Position numbers and translations under genes: made by a program
The notes under the pieces: generated by a model
Told to the model about the DNA's origin: nothing
The model's database searches: none
Seen by the model: only the letters and a program-made list of their open reading frames with translations
DNA from: a virus
Lineage: Duplodnaviria > Caudoviricetes
Virus record (IMG/VR): IMGVR_UViG_3300020388_000011
Span: 46,030-110,029 of that record
Strand: one strand, 5' to 3'
DNA: 64,000 nt
Shown here: positions 61,476 through 64,000 of the stretch, one piece after another
Position numbering within the stretch: the first letter of the stretch is position 1
How the letters are laid out: each line of letters opens with the position of its first letter

Positions 61476-61502
61476 ACATACATAGCAAACGAGGCTTACC
61501 AA

Positions 61503-61832
61503 ATGCTTATCAACTGGACAGATGAAGAGAGAGCAGCCGCTACCCGTGGTGATGTAAACATCTTCATTCTCAACACCACTCCACAAGCCATCAGGGAGAT
61601 GGACAAAGAACTTCCCACTGATACGCATATCATTGAGTATGTTATTGATGGTGAGACATCCTATGATGCTGTTAGAGGCTATAAGATGAGCGATATCTTC
61701 AATGTCTACCACGATAAGTTCCGAAGAGACGGTATCACTGCTCAGGTCATTAGCATCAAAAGTGGCTATGGCGTGATTAAACCCAAGCTCTACGGCTACC
61801 AAGCCGTTGAATCATCCAAGAAAACCAAGTAA
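61503..61832 (+). CDS. Conserved hypothetical protein
   Basis: LPTD.H..EY...D.VR...DIF..YHD...GYG.I.P.LYG. Confidence 0.7.
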   Translation: MLINWTDEERAAATRGDVNIFILNTTPQAIREMDKELPTDTHIIEYVIDGETSYDAVRGYKMSDIFNVYHDKFRRDGITAQVISIKSGYGVIKPKLYGYQAVESSKKTK

Positions 61833-61924
61833 CGAATGGTTAAGACAGTCTAAATTGTCTTGGTTAAAGCACAAAAGTCTGTTATAATATGTGTGTAAAT
61901 ACTAACAGAGTAATTCATCTAATT

Positions 61925-62089
61925 ATGAGACATAACCTAGAGGACGCCCTGATAAATGATTGCGAAGACTATTTACTACACAGATATATTCCATTACATT
62001 CATACACAGGAGACGAAATTATAAAGCAAGCCATTAAAGAAGGTTATATGATGGATCTATTCCATCGCAACCACTCTCGGACCACATAG
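61925..62089 (+). CDS. Hypothetical protein
   Basis: Follows TGTTATAAT at ~61880. Confidence 0.5.
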   Translation: MRHNLEDALINDCEDYLLHRYIPLHSYTGDEIIKQAIKEGYMMDLFHRNHSRTT

Positions 62090-62135
62090 TAAAGTGACCA
62101 CTAACTCACCACGGCACTGCCTGGTGGGTTATACT
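62081..62135 (+). repeat. Dyad-hairpin-(-10) element, alternative stem sequence
   Basis: AAAGTGACCAC; ACTCACCA...TGGTGGGT stem abutting TATACT. Confidence 0.75.
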
Positions 62136-62157
62136 ATATTCATACCAAAGGGGACCA

Positions 62158-62235
62158 ATGATCAAGTCACAAGTTCGGCGCATCGTCCAGTATTCGCCTA
62201 TACCAACTTCACACAGGGTAAGTTCAACTGATTAA
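62158..62235 (+). pseudogene. Truncated copy of the 63067 gene start
   Basis: First 31 nt match 63067-63097 (30/31), then diverge and stop after 25 codons. Confidence 0.6.
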
Positions 62236-62286
62236 AGTTACTCACCTCTAAATTACTCCATTGATGTAACCATTACTTCCTTACTC

Positions 62287-62979
62287 ATGTTTAACTTCTT
62301 CTCTAATCAGACCGAATCTAATTCAGTTCCATACCCAGACCCAGTATTTGCAACAGAAAAAAAATTAATTCTGTATGTTATTAAAGAAACTTCAAGTTTT
62401 TCGAAAATTTATAAGGAACATGCTATTCCTGAATGGAAAGCACAGTATCCCCTTAAACAAGATTGTCTCTATCCATATAATGTTTGGCAGAATGATGAGA
62501 GTTTAATTCTTGAATTAGCAAAAACATCTGATGATGAAGAAATCCTTCGTGCCATTTATAATACTCATCGTATTGGTTTTGTGTTAGCGTACACAGCACA
62601 TATAATCTATCCAGAACTATATTTAAATATCAATCTTCCTGATGATCTGATTGATTGTTATCTCAATTCAGATCTCAGAAAACTGATGAGAGAAGATTTC
62701 TTTAAAGAGAGTGTTAGATTAAAGAATATGTTAAAGGTAGGATTTAATTCTACTGTGAATGAAAAGATTCAAAGACGTATTGATGAAATCGATATTATAA
62801 AAAGAAAGGAGAAAGAAGATAAGACAAAGAATAAACTTAAGGCATTTCTGATTACTGCATCTGCAACTAAGAGTGTATTGAAAGGTAACTCTATTGATGA
62901 TGTAGTAGAAGCATCTATCACTGAAGATGTAGATGAAGAAGTACTTGATTATATGAACAAACTATTTCAAAAGTCATAG
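62287..62979 (+). CDS. AT-rich hypothetical protein, probably recently acquired
   Basis: 230 aa; AT-rich codons; flanked by the 11-bp direct repeat AGTTACTCACC. Confidence 0.7.
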   Translation: MFNFFSNQTESNSVPYPDPVFATEKKLILYVIKETSSFSKIYKEHAIPEWKAQYPLKQDCLYPYNVWQNDESLILELAKTSDDEEILRAIYNTHRIGFVLAYTAHIIYPELYLNINLPDDLIDCYLNSDLRKLMREDFFKESVRLKNMLKVGFNSTVNEKIQRRIDEIDIIKRKEKEDKTKNKLKAFLITASATKSVLKGNSIDDVVEASITEDVDEEVLDYMNKLFQKS

Positions 62980-62986
62980 TTACTCA

Positions 62987-63041
62987 CCCAGTTCTTTAAC
63001 TGACCACTAACCCACCACAGGGCACCTAGATGCCCTATACT
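62987..63041 (+). repeat. Dyad-hairpin-(-10) promoter repeat, core copy
   Basis: CCAGTT-cttt-AACTGACCAC...AGGGCACCTAGATGCCCTATACT. Confidence 0.85.
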
Positions 63042-63066
63042 ATATTCATCAGCCAAAGGGAACACG

Positions 63067-63234
63067 ATGATCAAGTCACAAGTTCAGCGCATCGTCCGTG
63101 AAGTAGCCGCTAATCATCCAATGAAACTCACACGTGATGAGAAGTGGTCTGTGTTCAATCAAGTGTGTGATGGTCTCTATCGTGACGGGCGCATCACACT
63201 CAAGCAACACGACAACTGGACATCCCCTTTCTGA
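63067..63234 (+). CDS. Small hypothetical protein (55 aa), not in ORF track
   Basis: MIKSQVQRIV...VCDGLYRDGRITLKQHDNWTSPF. Confidence 0.65.
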   Translation: MIKSQVQRIVREVAANHPMKLTRDEKWSVFNQVCDGLYRDGRITLKQHDNWTSPF

Positions 63235-63239
63235 GCATA

Positions 63240-63458
63240 ATGAATAGTTTTAGAGAACCAACTAAATGGGAAGATTTTCTTGATGGTTTCCACAACATCT
63301 ATCACATTCTTGATTGTTTTAATAATGGTGATGAGTGGGGTTATGGTGAGTTTTGGGAAAGTATGAGTATCGGTTGGTATCGAGAATATATCTTCCCTTA
63401 TGATGATCCATACACAAACTATCCATCGCTAGAACGTAAATTGAGGTTAGCACAATGA
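63240..63458 (+). CDS. Hypothetical protein
   Basis: Trp/Asp-rich 72-aa ORF. Confidence 0.55.
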   Translation: MNSFREPTKWEDFLDGFHNIYHILDCFNNGDEWGYGEFWESMSIGWYREYIFPYDDPYTNYPSLERKLRLAQ

Positions 63459-63601
63459 TCACCCAAGACGACCGCGACTTCGTAAACTTTCTGTTTGGTA
63501 AGTTGCTTACCGAGACAGATACTGATATGATTGATCTACACGATGACGATACTGCTGGTATCGACGCACTTGAATTTGAACAACTCACCCTCTCTATCTA
63601 A
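63455..63601 (+). CDS. Small acidic hypothetical protein (48 aa)
   Basis: ATGA-coupled; MITQDDRDFVNFLFGKL... Confidence 0.5.
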   Translation: MITQDDRDFVNFLFGKLLTETDTDMIDLHDDDTAGIDALEFEQLTLSI

Positions 63602-63603
63602 TC

Positions 63604-63945
63604 ATGGCATTTTCTGACGAGTCTACACAAAAACTAGCAGCTACTATCGCACAAGATGTATTCGCATATATCTCTGAGGATGGTCGCTACCTTGACGGTA
63701 TTATGAATACCATTGAGCCTGCAATCGTATCTGTTATTGGTCAAACAAGTCCCAAGCTAGTTGGTGAGCTTAGTTGTGCTATTATGGGTATGATTTGTGT
63801 CCCCAGTGACCCAAAAGTATACCAAGATGGTCTATGGAGAGCAAGATATGAGCGGCTCTATCGCTATGTCAAGCACACATATGCTGAGAGCTATGTTGAT
63901 GGGGCAGAGTATGGTATTATGAACATACGTTTTGAGGACAATTGA
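63604..63945 (+). CDS. Hypothetical protein
   Basis: MAFSD..T.KLA......VF.YI.ED.RY. Confidence 0.6.
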   Translation: MAFSDESTQKLAATIAQDVFAYISEDGRYLDGIMNTIEPAIVSVIGQTSPKLVGELSCAIMGMICVPSDPKVYQDGLWRARYERLYRYVKHTYAESYVDGAEYGIMNIRFEDN

Positions 63946-64000
63946 TGCCAGCCTTTACCCCTATGAGTGGATACAATCTAACACCTATACAGATTGACCT

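Noticed and set aside
53183-61503. ORF-track starts MPYT... (53183, 53448, 58534, 61464) as a shared leader peptide
   Set aside because: That ATG lies in the hairpin upstream of the -10 box and is in frame in only 4 of 9 copies checked; the true starts are downstream
61843-61888. AGACAGT-cta-AATTGTCT as another dyad element
   Set aside because: The spacer is 3 nt and the distance to the -10 box is 25 bp, which breaks the fixed geometry; not counted
52544-63041. Repeats as a CRISPR array
   Set aside because: The intervening segments are hundreds to thousands of bp and contain whole genes; the repeats contain -10 boxes; no cas genes
1-64000. tRNA genes, introns, inteins, homing endonucleases
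   Set aside because: None recognised by eye; tRNAscan-SE and Infernal would be needed to exclude them formally

Overview
64-kb fragment of a T4-like cyanobacterial myovirus (marine Synechococcus-type cyanomyophage); almost all genes are on the + strand. The order is: tail-fibre genes (two with C-terminal S74 chaperone domains); glutaredoxin; tandem glutamine riboswitch with two small peptides; thyX, phoH, exonuclease; gp33-gp59-gp32; gp4 (minus strand); baseplate/hub module (gp54-like, gp48, gp53, gp26, gp51, tape-measure-like, lysin, gp5-like); two long collagen-like fibre genes followed by two GT4 glycosyltransferases and a prolyl-4-hydroxylase-like oxygenase; further fibres; then a ~20-kb early/accessory region of small ORFs. 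That region includes a DNA methyltransferase, helicase, CP12-like peptide, deaminase, LuxR-type pseudo-response regulator, nuclease and kinase. It is punctuated by most of ~18 copies of a dyad + hairpin + -10 promoter element with fixed geometry, which appears to partition the region into gene cassettes. Other highlights: a probable -1 frameshift joining gp26 and gp51, a candidate phage collagen-modification system, and two unannotated structured ncRNA candidates. All product calls come from motif recognition; no database searches were run.
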